The notes beneath the pieces are model-generated. The model was not told the DNA's origin, made no database searches, and worked only from the letters and a program-made list of their open reading frames with translations. The translations under genes were made by a program, and so were the position numbers. Below, one piece after another: positions 1-10,200 of a DNA stretch of 32,000 bases. How positions within the stretch are numbered: the stretch's first letter is position 1; the number at the start of each line of letters is the position of its first letter. Location: positions 30,001-62,000 of the forward strand of contig JBMFJD010000002.1 of assembly GCA_049974095.1 (NCBI GenBank). Reading direction: 5' to 3'. This DNA comes from Nanopusillaceae archaeon. Its GTDB lineage: Archaea > Nanobdellota > Nanobdellia > Nanobdellales > Nanobdellaceae.

Positions 1-1
1 T

Positions 2-907
2 ACATATAATTATATTAATGTAAAAGAAAAAGAATTATATTATTATTATGAAATTGGAAGGAAATGGATTAATGAATTTTTAACATGGTATTTTTATCCA
101 TATTATGATTTACCAGAAAATTATCTATTAATTTATACAATTGGGAGATATGAACCATATAATAAAGGAATAGACTTATTTATTGATATATTAAAATATT
201 TGGAAGAAAATCAAATAGATACAATTGCATTTATATTTGTTCCATATTATTATGAAGGAATAGATGAAAATATAATAAAAACATACAAAGATTATATTAA
301 TTTAAAGAAATATCTTGAAGAAAATCAATATGAAATAATAAGATCTTTATATAATAAAAAAAATATATTAAATTATCTTGATAGAATAAAAAATAGAAAT
401 CCTCCAATTGTTACTCATAAGACAAATGAATCATTTATTATAAATAAATTAAAATCTGTAGGATTAAATAATAGTAAAGATAATTTTGTAAAAGTAATAT
501 ATGCTCCAATATATTTAGGAAAAGATATAATATTTAATTTAGAACAAGAATATTTATTACCTGTATTTGATTTTGGAATATTTTTATCTAGATACGAACC
601 ATATGGATATACGCTATTGGAAGCATTATATAATTTTGTCCCAATAATAATATCAAATAAAACAGGATTTTATAGAAATCTTTTGAATAAAGGAATAAAT
701 CATGATTTTATAATATCTGTAGATCCATATAATATAGAAAATGAAAAAGAGAATATATTAAGAAAAATTATTAAATATAAAAATTTAGATTTATATAAAA
801 AATTAGAAATTAAAAAACAAATGTATGAAATATCAAAGAAATATAGTTGGAAGGATAATATTAAAGAATATATTAATATTTATGAAAATATTTTAAAAGG
901 TCAATAA
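2..907 (+). CDS. Glycogen synthase, eukaryote-type GT3 family (C-terminal part; the 5' end lies upstream of the window)
   Basis: Frame 2 is open from base 2, so the TTG at 200 in the ORF track is not the true start. The translation carries GT3 glycogen-synthase hallmarks: GRYEPYNKGIDLFIDIL, PPIVTH...VKVIYAPIYL and SRYEPYGYTLLEA. The last motif is YEPxGYT rather than the EPxGL typical of GT4/GT5. Confidence 0.7.
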   Translation, partial: TYNYINVKEKELYYYYEIGRKWINEFLTWYFYPYYDLPENYLLIYTIGRYEPYNKGIDLFIDILKYLEENQIDTIAFIFVPYYYEGIDENIIKTYKDYINLKKYLEENQYEIIRSLYNKKNILNYLDRIKNRNPPIVTHKTNESFIINKLKSVGLNNSKDNFVKVIYAPIYLGKDIIFNLEQEYLLPVFDFGIFLSRYEPYGYTLLEALYNFVPIIISNKTGFYRNLLNKGINHDFIISVDPYNIENEKENILRKIIKYKNLDLYKKLEIKKQMYEISKKYSWKDNIKEYINIYENILKGQ

Positions 908-920
908 ACAAAATAAATAT

Positions 921-1577
921 ATGACAAGCTTTGCGAGCTTTATAATTAATCTAATAAACTATTCTGGGATAAGTTTTATATTTTTATTTATATTTTATTT
1001 CGCAGTATTTTATTCATTATTATTATTTTTATTTAAATTTATTCAGATAAAAGATCAACAAAAACAACAAAGTCAAGGACAAAAAAAGATAGAAATAGAT
1101 AAATTTATTGCTTTATTAATTTCATTATCTGCAGCATTCTTTTTAGCATCTTTTTCAGGTTACTATTTATTTACTCAATATTTTTTGGCATTTTTAGCAT
1201 CAATGATTATTGCTTTATTCTTCTTTATTTTAATAGTAAATTTATTAACAAATGGCGCATTCTTTAATTATTTATCAAATTTATTTAGCAATCCTCAAAA
1301 CTTATCTACATCTAGAATAAGATATGTTCCAATATTTACTATATTAGTGATAGTTCTTTTTGCATTACTTGCAATATATTATGCATATCAAAGTTATTTT
1401 TTATCATTAACAGTAGGAACAAGTTCTCAATCCCGAATGTATCAAATAACATTTAATCAATATATTTTATTTGCAGTAATTTTCTTTGTCATTTTAGGAG
1501 TATTTATTATAGCAATGAGTTCTGGAGGAGAAACACAAAAGGGAGGAGGTGGGGGAACTCAAGCAAAAAGTAAATGA
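921..1577 (+). CDS. Polytopic membrane protein, unknown function (Gly-rich C-terminal tail)
   Basis: 218-aa ORF with an ATG start and about 5-6 long hydrophobic segments separated by short polar loops. It has a QQKQQSQGQKK loop and a GGGGG tail. I recognise no family. Confidence 0.5.
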   Translation: MTSFASFIINLINYSGISFIFLFIFYFAVFYSLLLFLFKFIQIKDQQKQQSQGQKKIEIDKFIALLISLSAAFFLASFSGYYLFTQYFLAFLASMIIALFFFILIVNLLTNGAFFNYLSNLFSNPQNLSTSRIRYVPIFTILVIVLFALLAIYYAYQSYFLSLTVGTSSQSRMYQITFNQYILFAVIFFVILGVFIIAMSSGGETQKGGGGGTQAKSK

Positions 1578-2267
1578 TTATTTTTTTATTTCTTCAATTA
1601 TACAATCATCCCCACATAGTTTTCCTATATCAGAATAAAATTCTGATAAAAGACCTATAGGTATTTCTAAAATTGCTTCATAATTTTCTCTCCAATTTTC
1701 TCTAATTACTTTATACTTATTTTTTATAATTCCTATTATTTTAAACTTTTGAGGATAAACAATTAATCTTATATTTTTATATTCTATCTTTAATGGATAT
1801 TTTTTTCTTATTTCCTTTATTACTTCTTCTGCTTGTTTTTCAATTGGTTTGTTTAAATCAACAGTATATCTTATCATTTCAAATAATTCTTTTGCTCTTT
1901 CATATGTTAAAGGCATATTATTTTTAGCATCATATGAAATTCTTCTTATATATTCTATTATTTGCTTTTTTCTTTCTTCTATTAATTCCCTCTTATATTC
2001 TGTAGGTAATGGAATTTCAGAATTTTTTATTATTTCTTCTGCAATCTTTAAATTATCAGTTGTTCCAAAAACTTTATTTAAAGATTCTGTAGATGCTCTC
2101 TCTCCTTTTCTAGCATCTTTAAATGTATCATCACTAACTAATACTTCTCTTATATCCTTTATTTTTCCTTCTTTATATTCTAATGCCTTTCTTAAGTATA
2201 CTATTATTTCAAAATTATATCCTTCTTTTTTATATTTTACAATAATCTCATTGTCCTTCTCCTTCAT
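1578..2267 (-). CDS. SBDS/Sdo1 family ribosome maturation protein
   Basis: The N-terminal FYSH-like segment (VKYKKEGYNFEIIVY...KDARKGERAS..L.KVFGTTD) and the overall length are typical of archaeal SBDS orthologues. Its position directly downstream of psmA matches the conserved archaeal neighbourhood. Confidence 0.85.
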   Translation of the reverse strand: MKEKDNEIIVKYKKEGYNFEIIVYLRKALEYKEGKIKDIREVLVSDDTFKDARKGERASTESLNKVFGTTDNLKIAEEIIKNSEIPLPTEYKRELIEERKKQIIEYIRRISYDAKNNMPLTYERAKELFEMIRYTVDLNKPIEKQAEEVIKEIRKKYPLKIEYKNIRLIVYPQKFKIIGIIKNKYKVIRENWRENYEAILEIPIGLLSEFYSDIGKLCGDDCIIEEIKK

Positions 2268-2973
2268 AAATTTTCTTTACTTCATGATTTTCAATTATCT
2301 TGGCTTTCTCTCCTACTTTTATATATCCAACAACAATTCTTTCATATGAAAAATTATCTTTTAGATAATCTTTTAATGTATCAATTCCAAATTTTATTGC
2401 TTCTTCAACATTCATTTCTTCATATTTCTCTTCTAATATTGGCATTATTTTATCTTCTCCTTCTCCAATAGCAATTGCTAAATATTTATAAAATATTCCG
2501 GATGGATCTAAAGAATAAATTTTTGGACTTTTATCTTTGTCAATTCCTCCAATTATTAATGAAACTGCAAAAGGTCTTACTCCTCCAAATCTTGTATAGG
2601 ATTGCATTATATCACTTAAGTCTCTTATTAATAATTCAATATCAATTTGCTTTCCATATTGTAATCTATAATTTTGAGAAATTTCTCTTGCAGAATCTAC
2701 TAATACTCTTCCATCTGGAATAAATCCAGAAAATGTTCCTAATATAAAATCATCAATTTCTAGTATCTTTTCAACAGAATCTGATGTAATTAATTTACTT
2801 GTTCTCTTTTTATCAGCTACAATTACAATTCCATCTTTTGCAGTAATTCCAATTGCAGTAGAACCTGCTTTTGCAGCCTGTTTAGCATATTCTACTTGTA
2901 TTAATTTTCCCTCTGGTGAAAGCATCATCCATGCCCTATCCATTGGTCCAAATTGGTCAAATCCAGGTTCCAT
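2248..2973 (-). CDS. psmA: Proteasome subunit alpha
   Basis: The N-terminus is the alpha-subunit signature: DRAWMMLSPEGKLIQVEYAKQAAKAGSTAIGI (compare [20 protein letters not shown]). The length is 241 aa. It overlaps the SBDS start by 20 nt. Confidence 0.9.
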   Translation of the reverse strand: MEPGFDQFGPMDRAWMMLSPEGKLIQVEYAKQAAKAGSTAIGITAKDGIVIVADKKRTSKLITSDSVEKILEIDDFILGTFSGFIPDGRVLVDSAREISQNYRLQYGKQIDIELLIRDLSDIMQSYTRFGGVRPFAVSLIIGGIDKDKSPKIYSLDPSGIFYKYLAIAIGEGEDKIMPILEEKYEEMNVEEAIKFGIDTLKDYLKDNFSYERIVVGYIKVGEKAKIIENHEVKKIYEGEGQ

Positions 2974-2984
2974 AAAAATCTAAT

Positions 2985-3263
2985 TTATGATATATTTAAA
3001 AATTGTTTTATTGATTTTATTGTCTTAAATATCTTTATTGGTCTTACTTTTTGTAAATATAATAAAAAAATAAATTTATATATACTTTTTTTATTAATAG
3101 ATATAATATAAAAATTATTTATTTCTATTATTTCAATATTTGAATTAAAATATTCTAAATAACCAAAAAAATCAATAAAATCTTCCTTTAGCTTATTTTT
3201 ATCTATTTTTTCTACTAGTATATATCTTCTTTTTATCTTTAACCCCTTTATTAATATTACCAC
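2985..3263 (-). CDS. Possible RNase P protein component 2 (Pop5/Rnp2-like), short form
   Basis: 92 aa. It has a K-I-K-R-R-Y-I-L-V-E motif (compare the KKRYIAFE of archaeal Pop5). This is followed by FFGYLEY...IEIIEI...FYIISINKKSIYKFIFLL (compare LGELG...IVRCDR...LRFAL) and a C-terminal basic IKSIKQ. Its position immediately upstream of psmA fits the conserved archaeal neighbourhood. Sequence similarity is weak. Confidence 0.45.
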   Translation of the reverse strand: MVILIKGLKIKRRYILVEKIDKNKLKEDFIDFFGYLEYFNSNIEIIEINNFYIISINKKSIYKFIFLLYLQKVRPIKIFKTIKSIKQFLNIS

Positions 3264-4183
3264 TCTTCAGTATTATTCAATTTTGCTTCAATATCTTTTA
3301 AATTTAATTTTTCTAGTATTTCTTTATATCTATTTCTTATTGTTACTTCGGTAATTCCTGCAACTTCCGCAATATCTTTTTGTGTCTTTTGTATCCCATG
3401 TTTTACACATGCTAGATATATTGCTGCTGCTGCAACTCCTGCAGGTCCTCTTCCTGCTGTTATATCTGCTTCTTTTGCCTTTTCAACAATTTCTACTGCT
3501 GTAGATACAACTTCTGGTGGTAAATTTAATAATGAAGAAAATCTGTGTACATATTCTGTTACATCAATTGGTGTTACTTTAATTTTTAATGCTTGCAATA
3601 AATGTTTGTATGTTCTTCCTAATTCCTTCTTATGTATATTTGATGCTTTTATTATTTCATCAATTGTTCTTGCAACATCATGTAGTCTACATGCAATATA
3701 TACACATGCAGCTACAACTGTTTCTACAGATCTTCCCCTAATCAATCCTCTTTCTACTGCTTCTAAATATAATTTTAATGCTGTTTCTTCAACTTGTTTT
3801 GGTAATTGCAAGAATGAAGATATTCTCTTTAATTCTTGTTGTGCTAATTTTAAATTTCTCTCATAAGAACTTGTTGATCTTTGTTGCCATTTCTTTAATT
3901 TTCTTGTTAATGCTACATCTTCTTCTCCAGATTCTACTTTTCCAATTTCTGTTGATAAGGAACTTGCTATATTAGAAAACTTTATTGCGCTTCCTGTTCT
4001 TGATCTTTTTTCCAATTCTTCTGAATTTATAGTTCTATATTCTTTTCCTAAATATGGTACTTCTTCAATTACATATCCACATTTTGCGCATACCAATTCT
4101 GATGTCTTCTCATTGTATATAAATTCTGTGCTTCCACATACCGGGCATTTCAATTCTTCTACTTTTATTAACTTTTGGACCAT
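3257..4183 (-). CDS. tfb: Transcription initiation factor TFB (TFIIB homologue)
   Basis: N-terminal Zn ribbon CPVCGS...CAKCG, a B-finger/linker region and two cyclin-fold repeats (RGRSVETVVAACVYIACRLH... and GRGPAGVAAAAIYLACVKHG...). Length 308 aa. Confidence 0.95.
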   Translation of the reverse strand: MVQKLIKVEELKCPVCGSTEFIYNEKTSELVCAKCGYVIEEVPYLGKEYRTINSEELEKRSRTGSAIKFSNIASSLSTEIGKVESGEEDVALTRKLKKWQQRSTSSYERNLKLAQQELKRISSFLQLPKQVEETALKLYLEAVERGLIRGRSVETVVAACVYIACRLHDVARTIDEIIKASNIHKKELGRTYKHLLQALKIKVTPIDVTEYVHRFSSLLNLPPEVVSTAVEIVEKAKEADITAGRGPAGVAAAAIYLACVKHGIQKTQKDIAEVAGITEVTIRNRYKEILEKLNLKDIEAKLNNTEEW

Positions 4184-4185
4184 TA

Positions 4186-4231
4186 TAACTTTTTAAATAT
4201 TATGTTTTTAAACTTAACTTTTTAAATATTA
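4186..4231 (-). promoter_or_regulatory. Two direct copies of a 17-nt TATA-containing element upstream of tfb
   Basis: The plus-strand sequence taactttttaaatatta occurs at 4186-4202 and 4215-4231, with 29 nt from start to start. On the minus strand it reads TAATATTTAAAAAGTTA. The proximal copy ends 2 nt from the tfb ATG at 4183. Confidence 0.3.
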
Positions 4232-4362
4232 CTAAAGAAATGACTTACTGAAGAGAAGATAAAGGGATAGAAGAGTATATAAAGGTAAATTGAATGATAA
4301 ATAAATTTATTTTACTTTTTTAAATAAATTTATAAAATCGAATTTGATTATATTTATAAAAT

Positions 4363-5325
4363 TTATTTTGTTAAGACATCAAACTGTTTTCTTACCCATA
4401 CAATTGCAAATATTAATATTGAAAATATTATTACTTCTATTGGATTAAATATTATTGATAAAATTGGTAATATAGCAACAGTTATAATTGTTGATATATA
4501 GAAAGGAGTTGAAGATAATATTAATAAATCTCCTATAAATTTATTTGTATAATAATATCCTTTACTTATTGATATATATGGGGACAATAATATTCCTATT
4601 GGTATTATTGATGTATATGTAAAGAAGAATAAGAAATTGAAAAAATATTCTACGAAACCATATAGTATTGGTGTAAAACTGGATAGGTATTTAATAGATG
4701 AATAAATTATCCATAAAATGAGCATAGAAATTAAAAATATTCTCAATAATTCATTATTAGATATTTCTATATTTTTTCCTTTTCCAATCCTTTTATACTC
4801 TATTAATATTGGTTTTATAGAAAATACAATAGGTACAAAAAATCCAAAAGTAATTAAAGAAATCATAATAGATATCCAATAGCTCATATTTATTCTTTTT
4901 ATAAATGCAGAACCAATCTGTTTACTTTCTTTTTGTCTTTTTTTAATATTTTCTATAATTAAATAAAATATAGAAATTATAATTATTGAAAGTATTAAGA
5001 ATAGAAATAAATTGTTTCTAAAAATAAAGAAAAGAAATATTAATATGAATATAAGATAATAATAATATTGTTTTGTTGATAATTTATAATATAATAACTT
5101 TAATTCTGCAACAACAAAATCTAATGAAATATATATCCCATAAAAAGATGAAACGAAATTAAAAACTAATAATATGATAAAATATGATATTATTGAAAAT
5201 ATAGAAGCAAATAAGAAATTTGAAATTCCAATAAATAAATTATCCCAATGATTAAATGATAAGAAAAATCCAATGATTATTAGATAATATATTATCCTTC
5301 TATCTATCTTAACATATTCGAACAT
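4363..5325 (-). CDS. Polytopic membrane protein, unknown function
   Basis: 320-aa ORF that is almost entirely hydrophobic helices (roughly 8-9), with one basic loop (KKRQKESKQIGSAFIKR). I saw no catalytic motif. Confidence 0.5.
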   Translation of the reverse strand: MFEYVKIDRRIIYYLIIIGFFLSFNHWDNLFIGISNFLFASIFSIISYFIILLVFNFVSSFYGIYISLDFVVAELKLLYYKLSTKQYYYYLIFILIFLFFIFRNNLFLFLILSIIIISIFYLIIENIKKRQKESKQIGSAFIKRINMSYWISIMISLITFGFFVPIVFSIKPILIEYKRIGKGKNIEISNNELLRIFLISMLILWIIYSSIKYLSSFTPILYGFVEYFFNFLFFFTYTSIIPIGILLSPYISISKGYYYTNKFIGDLLILSSTPFYISTIITVAILPILSIIFNPIEVIIFSILIFAIVWVRKQFDVLTK

Positions 5326-5377
5326 TTTATTTTTTTGTTTTTATGTTTTTATATTTTTTATCCTATAAGTATATATT

Positions 5378-7240
5378 ATGACTGATAACACAATAATATC
5401 TATTAAAGATCTATATAATATATTTAATTTCAAAACTACTGAGGAGATTAAAGTACCAGAAAAAATATCAGAACAAATAATTGGACAAGATGAAGCTTTG
5501 GATATAATAAAGAAAGCTGCAAAACAAAAAAGATATGCTTTACTTATAGGAGATCCTGGTACTGGAAAATCTATGTTAGCACAATCATTAGCAGAAATAT
5601 TATCTGAAGATAAAGAATTAGTTAGAAGTCTAGAAGATATTGTTGTTTTTCCAAATCCAAATGACGAATATAATCCAATAATTAAAACATTTCCTGCAGG
5701 AATGGGCAAAAAAATCGTTGAAGAAATAAGAAAAAGATTATTAGAACAAGCAAAAATGTTTCAATATTTCTATATAATTTTATTATTAATTTCATCTTTA
5801 ACTCCTCTATACTTTTATTATGTTAAAAACTATATTATGTCTGGAGCAACATTTATTGGTTTTATGATATTAATTGCTGGATTATCATTTTCTATGCAGT
5901 TTGTTCAAAAACAAATGTTAAAAAATTTACCAAAAGTAATTGTTGATAATTCAGATAAAAAATCTGTTCCATTTGTTGATGCAACTGGGGCATTTGAAGG
6001 AATGTTATTTGGAGATGTTTTACATGATCCATATCAATCTGGAGGATTAGAAACACCAGCTCATCAAAGAGTAATTGCTGGGGCAATACATAAAGCGCAT
6101 AAAGGAGTATTATTTATTGATGAAATCGGAACATTGAGACCAGAAGTACAAATAGAATTATTAACTGTTTTACAAGAAAAAAAATATCCAATATTTGGAA
6201 GATCTGAAAGATCTGCTGGTGCAATGGTAAGAACAACTCCAGCTCCTGCAGATTTTGTATTAGTTGCAGCAGGAAATTTAGAAACATTAAAAAATTTACA
6301 TCCAGCATTTAGATCTAGGATAAAAGGATATGGATATGAAGTATTTATGAAATCTGAGATTCAATTTACTGAAGAAATTGCAAAGAAATTTGCTCAATTT
6401 GTTGCTCAAGAAGTAGTAAAATCTGGAAACATACCTCACTTTACAAAGGAGGCAGTAATAGAAATAATAAGAGAAGCACAAAGAAGATCTGGAAGAAAAT
6501 CATATTTAACATTAAGGTTAAGAGATCTAGGTGGATTAGTAAGATTAGCTGGAGATATTGCAAAATCGAAAGGAAAAAAATATGTAGAGGCAGAAGATGT
6601 TATAGAAGCAAAAGAAAAAGCATTATCTATTGAAGAACAATTATCAAAATATTATATCGAAAGAAGAAAACAATATCAAGTAGTAAGAACATCTGGAGAA
6701 GAAATTGGAAGGGTAAATGGATTGGCAGTAATAGGATCTAGGTTATATTATTCAGGAATTGTTTTACCTGTAGAAGCAGAAGTAGTACCTGGAAAAGGAT
6801 CTGGAAAAGTAATTGCAACAGGAAATTTGGGAAAAATAGCTAAGGAAGCTATAATAAATGTATCTGCAGTAATTAAGAAAAAATTTAATGAAGATTTAAA
6901 AAATTATGATGTTCATGTTCAATTTTTACAAACATATGAAGGTGTAGAGGGAGATTCTGCATCGATAACTGTTGCAACAGCAATAATCTCTGCATTAAAA
7001 AATTGGCCAGTAAGACAGGATTTAGCAATGACAGGATCTTTATCAATAAGGGGAGAAGTATTACCTGTAGGGGGAATTATTGCAAAAGTAGAGGCGGCAA
7101 TAGAATCTGGATTGAAAGAAGTATTAGTACCTGAAAGTAATTATAATGATATACCAGAAGAGTTGTTTGATAAAATTAAAATAACGCCTGTTAAATATAT
7201 TGATGAAGTTATAGAAATAGCTATGGGTAAAAAGATTTAA
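5378..7240 (+). CDS. lonB: Archaeal membrane-bound Lon protease (LonB)
   Basis: Walker A GDPGTGKS, followed by a two-helix TM insertion ([21 protein letters not shown]...[13 protein letters not shown]) inside the AAA+ module and Walker B VLFIDEI. The C-terminal protease domain has the catalytic Ser in EGDSASIT and the Lys in [10 protein letters not shown]. Confidence 0.95.
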   Translation: MTDNTIISIKDLYNIFNFKTTEEIKVPEKISEQIIGQDEALDIIKKAAKQKRYALLIGDPGTGKSMLAQSLAEILSEDKELVRSLEDIVVFPNPNDEYNPIIKTFPAGMGKKIVEEIRKRLLEQAKMFQYFYIILLLISSLTPLYFYYVKNYIMSGATFIGFMILIAGLSFSMQFVQKQMLKNLPKVIVDNSDKKSVPFVDATGAFEGMLFGDVLHDPYQSGGLETPAHQRVIAGAIHKAHKGVLFIDEIGTLRPEVQIELLTVLQEKKYPIFGRSERSAGAMVRTTPAPADFVLVAAGNLETLKNLHPAFRSRIKGYGYEVFMKSEIQFTEEIAKKFAQFVAQEVVKSGNIPHFTKEAVIEIIREAQRRSGRKSYLTLRLRDLGGLVRLAGDIAKSKGKKYVEAEDVIEAKEKALSIEEQLSKYYIERRKQYQVVRTSGEEIGRVNGLAVIGSRLYYSGIVLPVEAEVVPGKGSGKVIATGNLGKIAKEAIINVSAVIKKKFNEDLKNYDVHVQFLQTYEGVEGDSASITVATAIISALKNWPVRQDLAMTGSLSIRGEVLPVGGIIAKVEAAIESGLKEVLVPESNYNDIPEELFDKIKITPVKYIDEVIEIAMGKKI

Positions 7241-7243
7241 ATA
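7236..7243 (+). promoter_or_regulatory. TATA-like box (TTTAAATA) for the large surface-protein gene
   Basis: The 8-mer ends 21 nt before the ATG at 7265 and overlaps the lonB stop codon. Several other genes in this window show the same spacing. Confidence 0.35.
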
Positions 7244-7264
7244 TTTTTTTAATAATTTTAATTA

Positions 7265-10200
7265 ATGAGAAAATTATATTATTTATTATTTAGTTTATTT
7301 TTTATCCCATTAAGTATTTTTTCTCAAGGTATAAATATATGGCATGAGAGTTATTTATATAATCCTGTAGCATTTTTAAATATTTTATTATCAAATAATT
7401 ATCTAAATCCAGGTCAAACATTATATTATAATGTAACAATTAATTATAGAGATATATATTATTTGCCGAATGTATCTTTAGTTATTCAAATAATAAAAGT
7501 AAATGATAACAATCCAATATATCCATTTCAATTTACAAATGATAATGAAATATATGAATATGTAGTAAAGAATTTATATTTACAACCTGGAGAAACATTA
7601 ACAATTCCATTAAATTATACAATATCTTCTGATCTTTCTTCAGGATATTATTATATTGTTGCATATTTATATACTCCTTTAGGTAATATAAATGGATTGC
7701 CATTTATTTATTATCCGGGAGTTTATACAAAATTCTATGTAAATAATCCATCAGGAAATTATCCAACTATGTATATAGTAAAAAATGATACATACATATC
7801 TTCTGGAGCTTTATATACATGGGGATCTTTATTATCTTCTTCAGGATATTATTATTCTTCATTAAGTGGGCCAACAGGATATGGTGTTCAAAATTATATT
7901 AATTTAACAGTAGATATATATTCTAGTCAAAATACAAATGCAGTATTAAAAATAATTATTTCTCCATGGGATGATATATTGTATTCTCCAGTATATGAAT
8001 ATGAAGAAAGTGTAAATTTAACAGGAGGAAATAATATAATAGAAATACCAAATACTTTTGTAGGAAATCTTACACCAAATGCATATTCTTTAAGGATAGA
8101 ATTAATAAGTAATAATCAAGTACAATCAATATATAGATTGAGATTTATTGTTTTAGGACCTACTACAAGATTAGATGGCGTATTTTTACAAGGAAATGGA
8201 AATTTAACATTTATTGTTGCTCCATCTCCAGATCATTATACATATCCTACAACACCAAATGTTGTTGCTCAAGTATATTCAAATACATTAGGATTTGATA
8301 AAAATATATCTTTAGGAAATATTAGTTGGTATACCACTCAATTTACATATGTTAATTTACAATTACCATTAAATTCTTCTAGCTTTGATCTATGTATAAA
8401 TTTGTATTCTAATAATATTTTAGAATATAGTTATTGTACTTATTATTATATAAATAAAAATAATATACATGGAATACCATTATCTCAATTAATTTATGTA
8501 AATTATACAAATAACTATTTCTATATATGTTCAAATATATCTGGAAATTTAGTAATTTCTTTAAATTCTTTATCAAATGCAATATTTTCAACGAATTTAT
8601 ATAATAGCTGTTATAATTATACGTTTGAAAGCAATGGAACATATTATATTTCTTTCTTTTCTTCTCAATATTCATCTGAATGGACAGTAGAGCATATTAT
8701 ATATTCTCCTCAGCAAAATTATACTACAATTAAACAAACAATACAATATAAACAAAGTTATAATTATTCTTATATCCTTCTTTTAGTATCGATTTTAATA
8801 ATATTGCTGTTAATAATATTATTTATGAGAAAGAAAAAAATATTCTTACTAATAATTTTACCATTAATTCTCTTGTATTTTATTCACTCTCAAAATGTTG
8901 AAGTAACTCCAAATAATGTATGTTATCCAGCAGATAATGTAAGTATTATTACTCAAAACTTTTCAGGAATTGTTGATGTTTCTTATATTTTCTATAATCC
9001 AAATAATATTAGTATAATATATTCTCAAGGAAATTATCAATATTTAAATATAAATCTTCTCAATTCAATATATGTATATAATATAACGTTATATAACTTA
9101 ACTCCAGGAATAAATCAAATAATAGATTATAATATAACAGTAGAAAATTGTACAGAATCGAAAAAATTATTTGTAAATTGTTCATATTATAATTTTACAG
9201 GTTCTATGAATTCTAGTTATCCATTTTACTTTGAATATTATATAAATCCAATTTATACTGGTGGAGATGATGCTGCATATATAATTCCAGGATGTCAAGA
9301 AGCAGAAAATTTAATAGATAACACATATTTTAATTTTACAGTTATATTACCAAATGTAACATCAATAGTTACAAGGATAAATTGTTCAGGTTCTGGAGAT
9401 CCAGAGTGGGGACAAAATTTATGTGATCTATATATAAGTAATTATGATTCTAATGTAGGAAATTACACATTCAATGGAACTTACATATTCAATAATGTTT
9501 TATTTAATTTATCCTTTATAGATAATCCTTTGCAAGTATTAAGTGCTTCTAATGGTGGTTTTACAACAACATCATGTTCTCACGCCGGTTCAGATACAAG
9601 TACAAATTCAAATCCATTAAATATTAACATAAACTATTATGGACCAAATCAAGGAACAAATTATACATATAACGGATCGATGTATATATTAGCTCAAAAT
9701 ACGACTTTAGCGTTTAATGTAAATGGAGGATATAATGTATTGTGTTCCGATGGAGTAACAAATTCTGGAACTCCTGCAGTTGCTGTATGGTTATATTCAA
9801 CAGATCATTTTAATTTAAATTCTTTAAACTATATTATAGGATTATCCAATTTAGGTATAAACTTTACTAATTATAATGTTGATAGAAAAATAATATATAT
9901 TGCATATCCAAAAGAGGGTTTTGTATATTCTGGTTTAGATTGGACTTCTCCAGTACAGGGATCATCTTCAATTTACTTATATAATTTTAGTATGAATTCT
10001 GCAGGATATTATATAGTATACCAAGATTATATAAAAACAATATGTAATTCTCCATTATCTTATATTTGTGATCCAGATGGAAAGTTATGTAATATTAGAC
10101 ATATACAAGGACAAGCAGAAGGATGGCTACCAATAAATCCAGAACCGGGATATTATATATTAGTAATTAATCCAAATGCAACAGTTAATTTACAAAATGT

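Noticed and set aside
1849-2349. 166-aa plus-strand ORF antisense to the SBDS and psmA genes. There are similar shadow ORFs at 2475-2723, 3606-3975, 5341-5709, 5892-6481, 8409-8675, 11836-12165, 13874-14443, 15549-15737, 17215-17511, 19349-19540, 21319-21510, 26160-26366 and 29378-29590.
   Set aside because: Each lies entirely antisense to a gene with clear homology or strong coding features, and each translates to low-complexity Leu/Ile/Phe/Ser-rich sequence. This is the expected behaviour of stop-poor reverse frames in a very AT-rich, codon-biased genome.
4232-4300. Purine-rich, slightly GC-richer patch (gaagagaagataaagggatagaagag...ttgaatgata) between the membrane-protein gene and tfb. I examined it as a possible C/D sRNA or other ncRNA.
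   Set aside because: The box-like strings (ATGACT, CTGA, AATGATA) are imperfect and wrongly spaced on both strands. The patch is more simply the terminator/promoter spacer of the two minus-strand genes.
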